DNA of 64,000 nt from a virus (Duplodnaviria; Caudoviricetes), in the IMG/VR virus record IMGVR_UViG_3300043391_000853, positions 64,001-128,000 of that record. One strand, given 5' to 3'. Within the stretch, counting starts at the first letter, position 1. Each line of letters opens with the position of its first letter. This document shows, piece by piece, positions 34,817-45,508 of this stretch. The notes under the pieces were generated by a model. It was not told where the DNA came from. It saw only the letters and a program-made list of their open reading frames with translations, and searched no databases. The translations under genes were made by a program, and so were the position numbers.

Positions 34817-37246
34817 TTATGTTGCTGGGATTTCCCAATATGTGGCCAACAATCCTATATTGCCTGTGTATGAGTTCGCCAGAGGAGAAGTTCTTAATAT
34901 TTTGAAATTTACTACAGACTCTTCCTTTATGTACTGTGCCGGGACAACAAGATCGGTGTGTGATATTCTTCGTGACGTGAAGGGGTTGTAGGCCATTCCT
35001 GCATCCATAATATTGAACTCTACAGGATTAACCACAGGCGCGTATTTGGTGGTGTTAACTATTGTGTAGTCTGACCTGGTTGCTCCGTTTGAGGCTGTCA
35101 CAACAGCATATTCAAATTGGAAAGCTACAGCTCTATTTAATGAGCTTGTTTGCAGCAATGTGTCTCCAAATATATGGAACACCAGTCTGAGTGGGCGGTT
35201 ATTCGTATAACCTGCAGGCAATACAATTTTACCGATTAAACCATAAGGAGTCGCCGATGGTGGAGGCAGTTTGATGTATGAGGACAGCTCCCTGAATTCC
35301 AGTCTGGCGTTAATAGGTTCTATAGAGTCTACTTGTCCTGAAGATCCTTGCGCAGCGTAATTGATTGACCATACACCTGTACCTGGGGTCTGTTCAGTGA
35401 CGGTTATTCCTCCTGTGCCTAAGAGTCTTGCCACAACAGAAGTTGTCGCTGCTTTAAACTTGCCTTCAGGTTTTGAATATTTCAGCGCAGCTATTGCACG
35501 ATTCGAGGTATATGTCTCTGCTGTATTGAGAGGATATGTGAAGTTTGCGTTGTCCGTATACCCTGCAACGTCGATTTGTGCGTCAATATCTACGAACAAA
35601 TCTCCTGTGTGGCTTCCTTTGTAAGTCTCTCCTTCTTTAGTGTAAAATTTTATAAAGTTGGAAGCGTTGGTATTGCCTTCAAGATTGAAGGCTGTTAACG
35701 AGCTTACAAGTTGTGTTCTGAGTGCAGGGTTAAATTTGGAGAAGCTTAAAAATATATTTTTCCTACTGGCTTCCAGATCAGGCTTTATATCGTCTGCCCA
35801 ATTATGTGGAGATCCCGTCGTGCTGTTTGTTGGGTACTCCGAAGACCATGGCTGCTCGCCATCTTTATCTGAATGCCACCACAGTCCATACTCGTTAATC
35901 GAGTACATTCCATCGACGTCATATATGTCACTATAGCGGATCAGTGCACCGTTAATGTATAATTGTACAAAGTTGGCAGGTATAGGTGGTAGATACTTAT
36001 TAAGCTCTAGAGCTTCGTCACGTTCAAAATTAACAACCTGTGAGTCAGACTGACCATCGCTAATCAGTTGTGTGTCAAGCCCGGTATCTAAGAGCATTTG
36101 CGACTCGGGAGGAATGCTGTAAAAGAACTTAGCTCCTACAGGTTTCGCCGTATTCGTGTCCCCTACAGGGATCCATCCCAACCTGTTCTTATAGTTGTAA
36201 ACTGAAAGCGTCCACTTACTGCCCAACGTGAAATTGGTGGACCCTGTGAAGTTTAACTTGAGGTTGTTGTTTAGATTAGTGTCTACAAATAATACCTTAT
36301 CTGCATCCAATCCCACGTTAGTCTGTTCAATATCTTGATTGTTTTTTTCAGAGCTGATTTTAAACTTGGCTGCTGTTGGAACGCCTCCTGTAGTTACTTC
36401 GATTGTGTAAACGTCGTGATCGACTTTAACTAATGTTGTAGCATTGTTTGCATCTACACCTAGTATGTAGCCTTCGTAAGCAGTAGAGGTATTTGATACA
36501 GTGACTCCTGCAACGCTGCCCGAATCTGCTACATAAGTTGGAGGGCTATTAAAGCTTGTTGTAGTAATACTCCATATATTGCTGCCACTTTTACTCGGGA
36601 TGCCTGCCACACGATCAAGTACGTGGTATCTGTAATTTATAAAAAATTGTGAAAACTCATCTACGTTGGTGTGTAGCAAAAATTTTCTTTTACTAATCGC
36701 GTAGCCTACATATACAGGAATACCTGAAGGGTCCCTTGTAATTTTTCCGTTATCTTTAGCTGAAAGGTAGTATGGACCTACCGCAAAAGACTCCCTATTA
36801 CCTCCAGATTGCTTCTGTATAAGTCCTCTTACAGGGTCATCTAAATCTACATGTAGTTCACACAAGCCCTCCGTATAGATATCGGCTGTACGGGTCTTTG
36901 GATATATTGCCTTAATCAACCCAAAAGTATAATTTGAGTTGTTTGGCGAGAACATGTTCGATGAGGTGTCAGATGAGAATCCTGTAAGTCCTCGAGCCAC
37001 ACCCTCACCATTATTATCACTTTTAAAGTAAACTAGGTTAAGTTCATTTTGTACCAGTGTTTCACCAGGGTGTATAGGCTGACCAAAGCTTATCAGTACG
37101 GACTTACCTTGTAGCTCCTCAAACTTCTCATACAGATGCTGCTCTCTCTGGGTGAGTTGATCAATAGGTACGTTTACGGTGGCCTGGTCAACGGCCTCAC
37201 CATCTTTTATCTTTCTAACTATAGGGAGCCAAGGAGTAATACTCAT
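34817..37246 (-). CDS. Baseplate / tail-fibre attachment protein
   Basis: Likely start ATG 37246; IKDGEAVDQATVNVPIDQLTQREQHLYEK is typical of fibre N-termini; gene position. Confidence 0.6.
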   Translation of the reverse strand: MSITPWLPIVRKIKDGEAVDQATVNVPIDQLTQREQHLYEKFEELQGKSVLISFGQPIHPGETLVQNELNLVYFKSDNNGEGVARGLTGFSSDTSSNMFSPNNSNYTFGLIKAIYPKTRTADIYTEGLCELHVDLDDPVRGLIQKQSGGNRESFAVGPYYLSAKDNGKITRDPSGIPVYVGYAISKRKFLLHTNVDEFSQFFINYRYHVLDRVAGIPSKSGSNIWSITTTSFNSPPTYVADSGSVAGVTVSNTSTAYEGYILGVDANNATTLVKVDHDVYTIEVTTGGVPTAAKFKISSEKNNQDIEQTNVGLDADKVLFVDTNLNNNLKLNFTGSTNFTLGSKWTLSVYNYKNRLGWIPVGDTNTAKPVGAKFFYSIPPESQMLLDTGLDTQLISDGQSDSQVVNFERDEALELNKYLPPIPANFVQLYINGALIRYSDIYDVDGMYSINEYGLWWHSDKDGEQPWSSEYPTNSTTGSPHNWADDIKPDLEASRKNIFLSFSKFNPALRTQLVSSLTAFNLEGNTNASNFIKFYTKEGETYKGSHTGDLFVDIDAQIDVAGYTDNANFTYPLNTAETYTSNRAIAALKYSKPEGKFKAATTSVVARLLGTGGITVTEQTPGTGVWSINYAAQGSSGQVDSIEPINARLEFRELSSYIKLPPPSATPYGLIGKIVLPAGYTNNRPLRLVFHIFGDTLLQTSSLNRAVAFQFEYAVVTASNGATRSDYTIVNTTKYAPVVNPVEFNIMDAGMAYNPFTSRRISHTDLVVPAQYIKEESVVNFKILRTSPLANSYTGNIGLLATYWEIPAT

Positions 37247-37250
37247 ATTA

Positions 37251-37823
37251 TTAAACTGGTACAATTATTCTTACACCCCAAGTAATTGTAAAATTATAAT
37301 TTGAATTGTATTGAATAGGGTTGAAGCTTGTTCTTGAAAACACTGTGTCTCTTGCGGGATTCGAGACATCCGGAGCAGATACCAGTGCCACCTCATACAG
37401 CTGACTGGCTGCGTTGAAGTCGGCACCTCCGGCCTTGGAGGCTGTTGTAATCATTGTAGAAAACAAGACGGTATTTTCGTATGACTCGTACCCTGGAGAC
37501 GCTAGGTAGTTTGGGGTAAACGTAAGAGGTTCTCTTAAGTACCCTAGAGGGGCCACGTAGTCTATAAACGGGGATGAGTAGTCTACATCTATGATCGGTG
37601 GCGGTGGAGTACCTATACCGTTATAGTAGCCCATATACATTCCCCAGATCTTCGCCTCTGGCTTACCTCCTAAGGCATGTGCGATAATTTGCGCACCTCC
37701 CTTAAGGATCATGTTCTGTTTTTCTACGACAAGCTCCGACAATCCTGTAGTTTTGCTTGTTTTCCAGATTTTTATAAACCCGGTAAGCCCTTTACTTGTT
37801 GTCAATGTTTCAGTGTTAGACAT
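37251..37823 (-). CDS. Baseplate wedge / tail-collar-like protein
   Basis: GFIKIW...VEKQNMIL..G...YEVALV...FSR..F.PI.....FTITW; likely start ATG 37823. Confidence 0.6.
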   Translation of the reverse strand: MSNTETLTTSKGLTGFIKIWKTSKTTGLSELVVEKQNMILKGGAQIIAHALGGKPEAKIWGMYMGYYNGIGTPPPPIIDVDYSSPFIDYVAPLGYLREPLTFTPNYLASPGYESYENTVLFSTMITTASKAGGADFNAASQLYEVALVSAPDVSNPARDTVFSRTSFNPIQYNSNYNFTITWGVRIIVPV

Positions 37824-37830
37824 AAGGTAC

Positions 37831-37858
37831 ATTATATTTCGTTTTTATTAAAAGTCGA
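37831..37858 (-). promoter_or_regulatory. Promoter predicted to give a leaderless mRNA
   Basis: TCGACT-16-TATAAT-7 nt-ATG(37823). Confidence 0.5.
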
Positions 37859-39710
37859 TTAATAAGATTGCCGGTATTTCTCTGTTGGAGGGTGTCCTGT
37901 ATGTTGACTCTCCTGGCGATCTTACTGAGTCAGGTATCTCGGTTCTTAGCATACCGCTTTTAATCCCTGCTGAGGAACCTGTCTCCGTGGAGTTGTCTGC
38001 GCTGATCTCATCCAGGTTGTCGTATACGTGTAGGGGTGCTTTGGTTGCACTATTTCCCTGTACCGTATTCTTGTAAGGTCCCATAGCCACACAGAAAACT
38101 CTGTTTATGTAATCTTTGTAGTAATTCTCATCTCCTGGAAAGCTGCCTGGGCGTGCCCCTGTAGATGCTATGGCTCCGTCACAACTAAAAACTGTTGACG
38201 GATAAGCGTTAAGTTTAAACGCATTATTCAAATTAGCTAATTGGTCTACAGGTAGCTGCAACTTAAGATAGATCAGAATATATACGTGAGAAGGTAGATA
38301 TTTTTGTAGTGCTGGTAACAAATTAAAGAACAGTGACAACTGCTCAGAGGAGTAAAACTCAAGCTTGAGCAGCAGTGTATTGTTTTTGACAAAATTCTCA
38401 AATACGAAGTCTACAGGATTTATGTACAACGACGAGGAAGCATCTTTTGTCATATGTAGCTTGCTTAAGATTTCGCTACGTCGGCTTTCCTCGTTTATAT
38501 AAATCTGAAACGCCTCCACATCTTCAGGTCTGCCTTGTACAGGAAATACCAGTCGCTTGTAAGTAGGTTCGTTGTCCCTACCTACAATGTATCGAATCTC
38601 TTTAGTGTCATTCTCGAAAAATAACTGATTTTTATTATCTGCATCAAAAACGTAAGACGCGAACGCGAGTTTTGATGACTGTATTTCAGTTTTCCACCAC
38701 ACAGGATCTACCAGTACGTCTGTAACTTTTACATTAGTGCTGATTATTGTCCCGGCCTTCAGCTTGTTGCCTGGAAGGACATCGTCATTCAGCTCTTGGT
38801 CTCTAGGTAATCTATAGACATTCTTATCAGTTACAACATAAGCGTAATTAGCGTCCTGATAGATATCCTCTACATTTTCAATAGGCTCTATCACTACAGG
38901 GGCAGCTGCCAGGGCAGCAAAAGCTGTACTCAAAGCCGAGATAGTCGGTGCTTCCACAGCCAAGTTCATTAGTGCTTTTAAGATTTCTTTATATGCTTCA
39001 GATGTAGGTAATATCAAATCGAACAATGTGCCAAAATTCGCATAAAGCGCTTCATTGTCTAACTCAGCATGGTAAATCCAGAGAATTATAAGCTCGTCTT
39101 GCTGTATTTTACCTTCCAGATCTATGAAGGTGGCAGGAACACCTAACTCACCAGCCAGTATTGTTTTTGGTATGTATGGGTTGTTAAATAGGTCGTTGTT
39201 GAAGAACAATGTGCCGTTCTTGAAGAATACATCTACTCCGTGTATCTGTAGTGCTGTAGGCGCAATCAACCTATTTGCAATTAAACTAAACTTCTTTAAG
39301 TTGAACTTGGGCGTAAAGCTGAACGCACTCTTCCCGTCAGTTTGTTTAGAGTAGCCGAACCTAAAAAGCTGGTTAGCGTAAAACTGATCCGACTCAGGCT
39401 GTACACCGAACACGGCGGCGTCTGACTCGAAAACAAAAGGAGCTTTGTTGAATTCGGATTTTTTGATTAATAAGGGTTGCCATTTTTCTCTATGTAATAG
39501 AGGGATCTCTTTGACGGAATATTGCTGCAGTACTTCAGTTAGTTTGTAGTACGCCTGTATAAGCTCTTCAGCCATACCTAGCGTGTAGCCTTGCAGGGCA
39601 GTCTTGTCTTGGAATATCTGGGTCCAAAAAGATCCTAGCGACCTATAAAGATACTGCCCGTCGGTGACGTCCGCAGCTGGAAACTTGCTGGGTAATAGTG
39701 TGATGCTCAT
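37848..39710 (-). CDS. Baseplate wedge protein (T4 gp7 / P2 gpI positional equivalent)
   Basis: Follows the baseplate-J-like gene; SEAYKEILKAL..L...APT and KYLPSHVYI. Confidence 0.6.
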   Translation of the reverse strand: MSITLLPSKFPAADVTDGQYLYRSLGSFWTQIFQDKTALQGYTLGMAEELIQAYYKLTEVLQQYSVKEIPLLHREKWQPLLIKKSEFNKAPFVFESDAAVFGVQPESDQFYANQLFRFGYSKQTDGKSAFSFTPKFNLKKFSLIANRLIAPTALQIHGVDVFFKNGTLFFNNDLFNNPYIPKTILAGELGVPATFIDLEGKIQQDELIILWIYHAELDNEALYANFGTLFDLILPTSEAYKEILKALMNLAVEAPTISALSTAFAALAAAPVVIEPIENVEDIYQDANYAYVVTDKNVYRLPRDQELNDDVLPGNKLKAGTIISTNVKVTDVLVDPVWWKTEIQSSKLAFASYVFDADNKNQLFFENDTKEIRYIVGRDNEPTYKRLVFPVQGRPEDVEAFQIYINEESRRSEILSKLHMTKDASSSLYINPVDFVFENFVKNNTLLLKLEFYSSEQLSLFFNLLPALQKYLPSHVYILIYLKLQLPVDQLANLNNAFKLNAYPSTVFSCDGAIASTGARPGSFPGDENYYKDYINRVFCVAMGPYKNTVQGNSATKAPLHVYDNLDEISADNSTETGSSAGIKSGMLRTEIPDSVRSPGESTYRTPSNREIPAILLIDF

Positions 39711-39711
39711 A

Positions 39712-41331
39712 CTAAGCGATAGTCAGCCCTATGTTGTCGATAGGATTAGTCTGTCCGTTTTCAACTCTGTAATAATCGATGAAATACTGCGTTGTTTTAG
39801 GAGTTACTCCTTTTTCTAAGCTATATGGAATGGTCAACATGTCTGTGTCGGTTATATACAGCGTTGTACCGTCAGGGCAAAGGACATTGCCTATCATTTC
39901 TATAGGTAGGTCCACTCTCTTGATGTCGTAATTGTGACACAGATCCACAAGTCTTGAGGCGTGCAGCTCTTCTCCGAAGGGTATAGTATTCACGTATGTA
40001 AATATATCTTTCTTCAATTGCTGAAGGTTCAGAGATTCGTACGTATCTGTGGTCCTTTTTTTGATCAATGTGATATTTAATGATACCATACAAGGTACGA
40101 CAGCTTTCACAAGATAGTCTGCACAAGCGAGCCTTTCTTCGTCCAAAAGCAGCATGTTCTGCATCTCCATTATATTTGGTTGATATGTAGCATGTACCGT
40201 GAATAACTGTGTACTTCCTACTGAATCTGGAGGAGGGCTGTATTTAAAGGATACTGTAGCCTCTTGGTATTTAGTGAACCTAGCATCCGCATTTGTATAA
40301 ATTTCGTTATATCTTTCGCCTGGATACATTGCTTTTGTGTATACTGGAGGTGTAAACACCAATGTGCCTCCCAAATTAAGTGTTGTGGATTGCGGTATGA
40401 TGGCTGTGATGCTGTAGAAACCGGGGATCTCGTAATTGGCTATGGACATGGTCCATGTATCTGCTCCTGTCTGTACGGCTTGTTTATTCATCAGGTGCTT
40501 AATCTCAGGTCCTACGCTTGATCTCACGTAAACATCAGCTTTACCAAATGTAGATATACCTAACACATTCTTCTTCGCTCTTGTCATTTCTGCGTCATTA
40601 GCTCCACATACAGACAAGGACTGAAACCCTGAAAAGGTGCTACTGAATTTTTTAAAAATACCTGCAGGAGATTCCAGTCTACTGTTGCCGAGGTTATATT
40701 TTATCTTGGCTAATAACTCTTTATCTGTCTCTACAGCTTTGCCTGATGAGAAATTACCGTAAGCCTCAAGTTTCACTAAATTACTTATAAACTCTTTTGG
40801 GGTTAGTACAAAAGCTGTACCTGAACTTACCTGATAGTCAGGTCCCTCATTTTCGGCCTCTACATCAAGTAAAAAATAATACATGCCGTTGTCAGAATAC
40901 ATCTGAAGTTCTTCCAAGATAGCGGAGGGCTTTAAGCTTATTCGGACATCTTTGGTTAACACATAGTTTAAAGAGAGTGCAGGTTGAATGAATATAAAGC
41001 CTTCGTTAAAAGAGTATGTGTCTGCCTCTGTAACGGTAACCTTTATTTTCCCTGTGACTTTTGTTCCCGTATTTCTCGTTGTGTTATAATTTGAGGCAAC
41101 GAGATCCATTGCTGGAGAATACGTTTTAGTGCTTGAGGAATTGGCTACCTTGTATAACGTGTTCCCCTGGTCGATTGTCTGAATCGTGTTGTACTGCTCA
41201 TTTTGAAGTACTGCCGCAAGTTTAATCAGCAACTCACTAATTACAGAGCCTGGGCCTGTTTCGACATCTGTATAATTCTCTTTTATAAAAGTAGCCAATC
41301 GATCTGTAGTGGCTTGAATAAGTTCGCTCAT
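39712..41331 (-). CDS. Baseplate J-like wedge protein
   Basis: GPGSVISELLIK, ASNYNTTRNTGTKVTGKI, VEAENEGPDYQV, FSSGKAVETDKELL, GKADVYV. Confidence 0.82.
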   Translation of the reverse strand: MSELIQATTDRLATFIKENYTDVETGPGSVISELLIKLAAVLQNEQYNTIQTIDQGNTLYKVANSSSTKTYSPAMDLVASNYNTTRNTGTKVTGKIKVTVTEADTYSFNEGFIFIQPALSLNYVLTKDVRISLKPSAILEELQMYSDNGMYYFLLDVEAENEGPDYQVSSGTAFVLTPKEFISNLVKLEAYGNFSSGKAVETDKELLAKIKYNLGNSRLESPAGIFKKFSSTFSGFQSLSVCGANDAEMTRAKKNVLGISTFGKADVYVRSSVGPEIKHLMNKQAVQTGADTWTMSIANYEIPGFYSITAIIPQSTTLNLGGTLVFTPPVYTKAMYPGERYNEIYTNADARFTKYQEATVSFKYSPPPDSVGSTQLFTVHATYQPNIMEMQNMLLLDEERLACADYLVKAVVPCMVSLNITLIKKRTTDTYESLNLQQLKKDIFTYVNTIPFGEELHASRLVDLCHNYDIKRVDLPIEMIGNVLCPDGTTLYITDTDMLTIPYSLEKGVTPKTTQYFIDYYRVENGQTNPIDNIGLTIA

Positions 41332-41346
41332 ATAATTTTAAATAAG

Positions 41347-41871
41347 TTATTTCGGTAGCGGTACAATGAAGTCGACAGCATCCCCTGCTTCAGTACTTAT
41401 AGCTACTTTAAATGCAACGTAATCGCCTTGCAGTACAACGTCCAGTAGCTCAGCGTTAGCTATTCGCTCATCCAAGGGTACAATAGCCGCATTATCTATT
41501 TGGTAAGCTTTCAATACATTTACTGCCTCATAACTAGCTAACATGAAATACTGCGTGACCAGTAATTTGCCTGTCGGAGATACCCCAGCCTGCAGGTTTG
41601 GCATGAAGTCTGTACCAAAGGCTGCATAGAACGGTTGTGATCCGAGTCCTGTAAGTAAGATTATTGCATATTTCTGTATGAGTTTTTGCACTCCTGCACA
41701 ATACCTTGTCTGGTTACCGAACTTAGGGAACACGGTTTGCCTAGCCTTTAGGGCCTGACTCATAGAGAGTGATGTTACCGACTCGGGCGAAAAAGTAGGA
41801 TCAGGGTATTGAAGTATACTTATATCCTTACGCCTGCCTGTGTAATCAGAAGTGATGCTTGCTACAGCCAT
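41347..41871 (-). CDS. gp25-like baseplate wedge / sheath initiator
   Basis: GVQKLIQKYAIILLTGLGSQPFYAAFGTDF...PLDERI. Confidence 0.7.
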   Translation of the reverse strand: MAVASITSDYTGRRKDISILQYPDPTFSPESVTSLSMSQALKARQTVFPKFGNQTRYCAGVQKLIQKYAIILLTGLGSQPFYAAFGTDFMPNLQAGVSPTGKLLVTQYFMLASYEAVNVLKAYQIDNAAIVPLDERIANAELLDVVLQGDYVAFKVAISTEAGDAVDFIVPLPK

Positions 41872-41875
41872 AAAT

Positions 41876-42295
41876 TTAAGTATTTAAATTCTGTTTGAAC
41901 TCCCTATGTAGACCTAGGGCTTGACCTACACTGGCTGTGTTTCGTGCGCCTTTCTGTGACAGATCGTCCCTATAAAAATGCAGCCTTCCTTTATGTCTTT
42001 GTACAAAACATTTATTAAAACTATATAGCGCAGATATCTCTGCCTTTAAAGCACTAATACCTTTTCTAGCTTTGGGTGTTTTTTCTTTGTACCTATCCAC
42101 ATACAGCTCGTTGAGCTCGTCTCTGTCTGTAACTTCCTTAAGGTCTTCGAGGGTAAGCTTGTCGCTGTATCCTATCTCTTTCAACAGCCACTTGCGTCCA
42201 TCAGAATCATTCGATCCTGTCCTTGCGGAAGGTATCGATACTTCAAACCAGGGTCCTAGCTTACCTAATAATTTTTTAAGTGTTGTGATAGCCAT
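41876..42295 (-). CDS. Hypothetical basic protein
   Basis: Tiling. Confidence 0.6.
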   Translation of the reverse strand: MAITTLKKLLGKLGPWFEVSIPSARTGSNDSDGRKWLLKEIGYSDKLTLEDLKEVTDRDELNELYVDRYKEKTPKARKGISALKAEISALYSFNKCFVQRHKGRLHFYRDDLSQKGARNTASVGQALGLHREFKQNLNT

Positions 42296-42928
42296 TTATT
42301 TCCAGCCTTTAGATAGTGTTGAGTTTATCAATTTTAGTCTATTATTCAGCGTACTGGTAGATAAATTTAATTTCTTCGCTAAAGCGGCATTATCCAATAG
42401 CGGTTTGCCTCCAAACCCTGTCTTGTGTTCAAATATTAATTTGTCTTTATCTGATAGGTCGTGATAAACAAACTGCACCCACTCGTCATTGGCACTGTTA
42501 AAAAGCTCCGGAGCCTCGAACATAGAGGACATACCTGTCACCGACTTTCGGCTACTAAGCATGTTCTGTGTTATCTTCATACTGAACCCAGAGTGATGCG
42601 CTAGCTCTTCAAGCGTAGGGGCGCGCCCCAATGTATGCTCTAAATCTTTTTCTACCTTCTGTACTTTATTGACACCGAACTGAGTGTTTTCAGGTGAGCG
42701 TATTACTGCGCCGTACTTTGTGGAGAGCCTGGATAACTTTTTTAAGTTGTTAACAAGATGCGTACTGAACTTGAATCCTGAGGATGGATTGTAGGTTTTA
42801 GCAGCCTCTCTGGCTAGCTTATATGCCTCAAGCTGTACTGTTATCAGCGGCAGATTTGAGGCATACCTAGAGGCTTCTAGTTCTATAAGTTTTTTATTAT
42901 CCTTAATCAGCTTCTCGATGTCGTTCAT
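42296..42928 (-). CDS. RNA polymerase sigma-70-family factor (regions 2, 3 and 4)
   Basis: AAKTYNPSSGFKFSTHL (region 2), VIRSP, LEHTLGRAPTLEELA (region 3), LSDKDKLIF...AALAKKLNLSTSTL (region 4 HTH). Confidence 0.85.
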   Translation of the reverse strand: MNDIEKLIKDNKKLIELEASRYASNLPLITVQLEAYKLAREAAKTYNPSSGFKFSTHLVNNLKKLSRLSTKYGAVIRSPENTQFGVNKVQKVEKDLEHTLGRAPTLEELAHHSGFSMKITQNMLSSRKSVTGMSSMFEAPELFNSANDEWVQFVYHDLSDKDKLIFEHKTGFGGKPLLDNAALAKKLNLSTSTLNNRLKLINSTLSKGWK

Positions 42929-42930
42929 AA

Positions 42931-44568
42931 TTAAATGGCTCCCATGTCGCTTAGAAAGGAGACTTGTACACCTTCTTCTTTGCCTGTGTTGTAACCTAAA
43001 AATTTGTCTTCAGTTGTACCTACGGACTCTTTGCCTATTCTTCCACAGGTATAAGACACAGTTGTTATGGCTGTACCGTTACTGGGTGCAGACATATCTA
43101 TTCTGTGAGTTACACTTTGCACATAAAACGTAAGCGTGCATTCAGTCTCTCTCACAAACAATGTTCCGCCTGTCCCTGGTACCCAGTATGGATTAAAGTC
43201 CATTGTAATAGATCCTTGTCTGTCCCCGAATCTGACCTGGTAAAATTTTGTCTCTGCGTAGTTCTTGATCACATCTCCGGCGTAAGAAGATAATGATTCC
43301 TTTTTTTCTTTAGCCTTTTCGGCGTGAGCCGTTTGGGTTTCTGAGGCGGATTGTTCCAGACCTTTCTTTTTACCGTACATGGACTCAGATTTTTTATCCA
43401 TCTTGTCTGCACCTTTAGCAGAGTCTCCTGCTGATGGAAACTGAGAAGACAGACACATCCATGGGTGTGCTTGTGCCACATATATTCCAGAAGCTTGCGA
43501 TAGACCTTTTTCTTCCATGAAGAAACCTGCTCCTCCTGTTTCCCAGGACAGTCCTCCTAGAGAGGCTCCTCCTACGTAACCGTCTGTAGAGACTACAACA
43601 CCGGCCACGTCTCTGTAACCGTTGTCATTGTAGTGATAACTTACATAGTCTGCCGGTCCTGCTGCGTTAGGCGCAGATTGCAGTTTCCCTTTTGAAGGCG
43701 CTCCTCCCTTCTTTTTAAGTACAGAATTCTCAGGAACTACATAAGCGCTTTCGTTGCTGAAAATCAACGAGCATCCTATAGACGACAGGAAGTGCATATA
43801 ATGCTCAAGCAGTACGTTGGGTGCACTTTTCCATGTACGTTCTAGAGAATTAAGTACATCGTTCCTTCCTACAGTTAGGGCTTCTATTGTTCCTCCATTG
43901 ACTGCAGAGATGTCTATATTCTCTAATATTTTAAGTCCTTCCGTAACGTTCTTTTGATAGCGGTCGTCATTGAAAATTGCTCCAAATGGTGTAGATTTAT
44001 CTATTACCTTGTCTCTACCTACAAAAGTTTCCCACCCACTTTTCTGCTTATTTAAAACTTTTTTAAGTAAATTAGTGTAAAACTCTATTGAGGATACCTC
44101 CACATCCTCTCCTTCAGTAAGAGGTGACCAACTCTTGACTTGTGCTGTTTCAGACTGTCCATTACCCACCAACGCATAAGAGGGATTTCGGTAAACATTA
44201 ATTCCTGCAGGATGCATGCCCGGAGTTAATGTGGTGAGTTCTAGCAAGCGTTGTGCTTTGTTTTTAATGATTGCTTGATAGCTATTCGAGCCTACCGAAT
44301 TAACCACCGTCATTCCATCTAAGAGTCCTTTAAATTCTATGGTTCTAGTTACATGGTCATCCATGCTGCTTACATAAGTCTTAACCTCGATACTTACAGA
44401 AGCCTCCTTTCTCTTCATGCTGTCGACATCTCCAAACCCTCCTTCGTCTGGTGCTAGGTCTACCGCAGCTGTAGGTATACTACCTACTTGGTATGTTATC
44501 GTGCAGCCTACCGGTGTGCCTCCGGGCATGCCTGAGGCTGTCATTTTTACATCTGTGTGTTTGCCCAT
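42931..44568 (-). CDS. Baseplate hub (gp27 / late-control-D-like)
   Basis: C-terminal GSITMDFNPYWVPG...FYVQSVTHRI...TTVSYTCGR; gene position. Confidence 0.65.
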   Translation of the reverse strand: MGKHTDVKMTASGMPGGTPVGCTITYQVGSIPTAAVDLAPDEGGFGDVDSMKRKEASVSIEVKTYVSSMDDHVTRTIEFKGLLDGMTVVNSVGSNSYQAIIKNKAQRLLELTTLTPGMHPAGINVYRNPSYALVGNGQSETAQVKSWSPLTEGEDVEVSSIEFYTNLLKKVLNKQKSGWETFVGRDKVIDKSTPFGAIFNDDRYQKNVTEGLKILENIDISAVNGGTIEALTVGRNDVLNSLERTWKSAPNVLLEHYMHFLSSIGCSLIFSNESAYVVPENSVLKKKGGAPSKGKLQSAPNAAGPADYVSYHYNDNGYRDVAGVVVSTDGYVGGASLGGLSWETGGAGFFMEEKGLSQASGIYVAQAHPWMCLSSQFPSAGDSAKGADKMDKKSESMYGKKKGLEQSASETQTAHAEKAKEKKESLSSYAGDVIKNYAETKFYQVRFGDRQGSITMDFNPYWVPGTGGTLFVRETECTLTFYVQSVTHRIDMSAPSNGTAITTVSYTCGRIGKESVGTTEDKFLGYNTGKEEGVQVSFLSDMGAI

Positions 44569-45503
44569 ACTAAGTTAACCCTTTCTACATACGCCAAGAT
44601 GAGCCCGACCATTTTATAAACGTCATTATGATGCATTTGCCATAAACGCTCATAGGTTAGATTGCACGAGTCTCTTTTATACGTTAGCATGTTATCGACG
44701 ACGCGACTAGAGATATTAAGTTCTTTTAGCTTCTCATTGAAGTCAAAAACAAATGGAGCTTCTACTGAAAAACTCCAGCGCTTATCCGCTGTAGACATGA
44801 AGTAATCTAAAGGCCCTGTTATAGAAAAGAACAGGCCGGTGCCTCCAATATAGATTTCCTTTGATACTCGTCCGTCTGACTGTGTTGCTGAAAGCGTGCT
44901 CGACATTCCTGCAGGGTTTTTCGACATTTTGGCTCCCTGCTTGTAGTACATGTTTTGCGTATTAGAATATACAAGCACTTCTCTAGAGTCGTTGACTTGA
45001 TACACTGTGAAAGTATTCCTGTAACTATTCGCAGTGATATCGTTCGCGTATTTTCCTGACAGGAGTAATTGATACTCTGTGTTTGTAGGAACGAAATTCG
45101 TGGTTTTATTAAATCTAAAATAATCTTTAATGTCTGAAAGATCATAAGATATTCTACTATCGTAGTTTTTAATCTCTGTACCTCGATCCGTGCTGTCGAG
45201 CAGCCTTAAGTAGCTATATAGTAAGAATATCTTGTAGTAGTTCGACGAACCTTCAGGAAACAGTACATTATAAAATTGCTGGAGTTCAGTGGGCAGGTTG
45301 AGTTGTACGTAGTTTCTGTCTATAAGAACGCTGTAAGCTTTTGACTTTGTGTGTACGAGCTCGTAAGCGTCCGTAATTATTGTCTCCATACGGCTGGAGC
45401 GTACAGGCAGTATGTTGCCAATATCTATAGCGTAGTAATCTTTAACGCTACTAGAGTAGTCTAAATTTAAATTGCTTAGCAATGTAGCGAAATGATTTAT
45501 CAT
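44547..45503 (-). CDS. Hypothetical virion protein
   Basis: Long ORF inside the baseplate cluster. Confidence 0.6.
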   Translation of the reverse strand: MINHFATLLSNLNLDYSSSVKDYYAIDIGNILPVRSSRMETIITDAYELVHTKSKAYSVLIDRNYVQLNLPTELQQFYNVLFPEGSSNYYKIFLLYSYLRLLDSTDRGTEIKNYDSRISYDLSDIKDYFRFNKTTNFVPTNTEYQLLLSGKYANDITANSYRNTFTVYQVNDSREVLVYSNTQNMYYKQGAKMSKNPAGMSSTLSATQSDGRVSKEIYIGGTGLFFSITGPLDYFMSTADKRWSFSVEAPFVFDFNEKLKELNISSRVVDNMLTYKRDSCNLTYERLWQMHHNDVYKMVGLILAYVERVNLVWANTQM

Positions 45504-45508
45504 AACGG

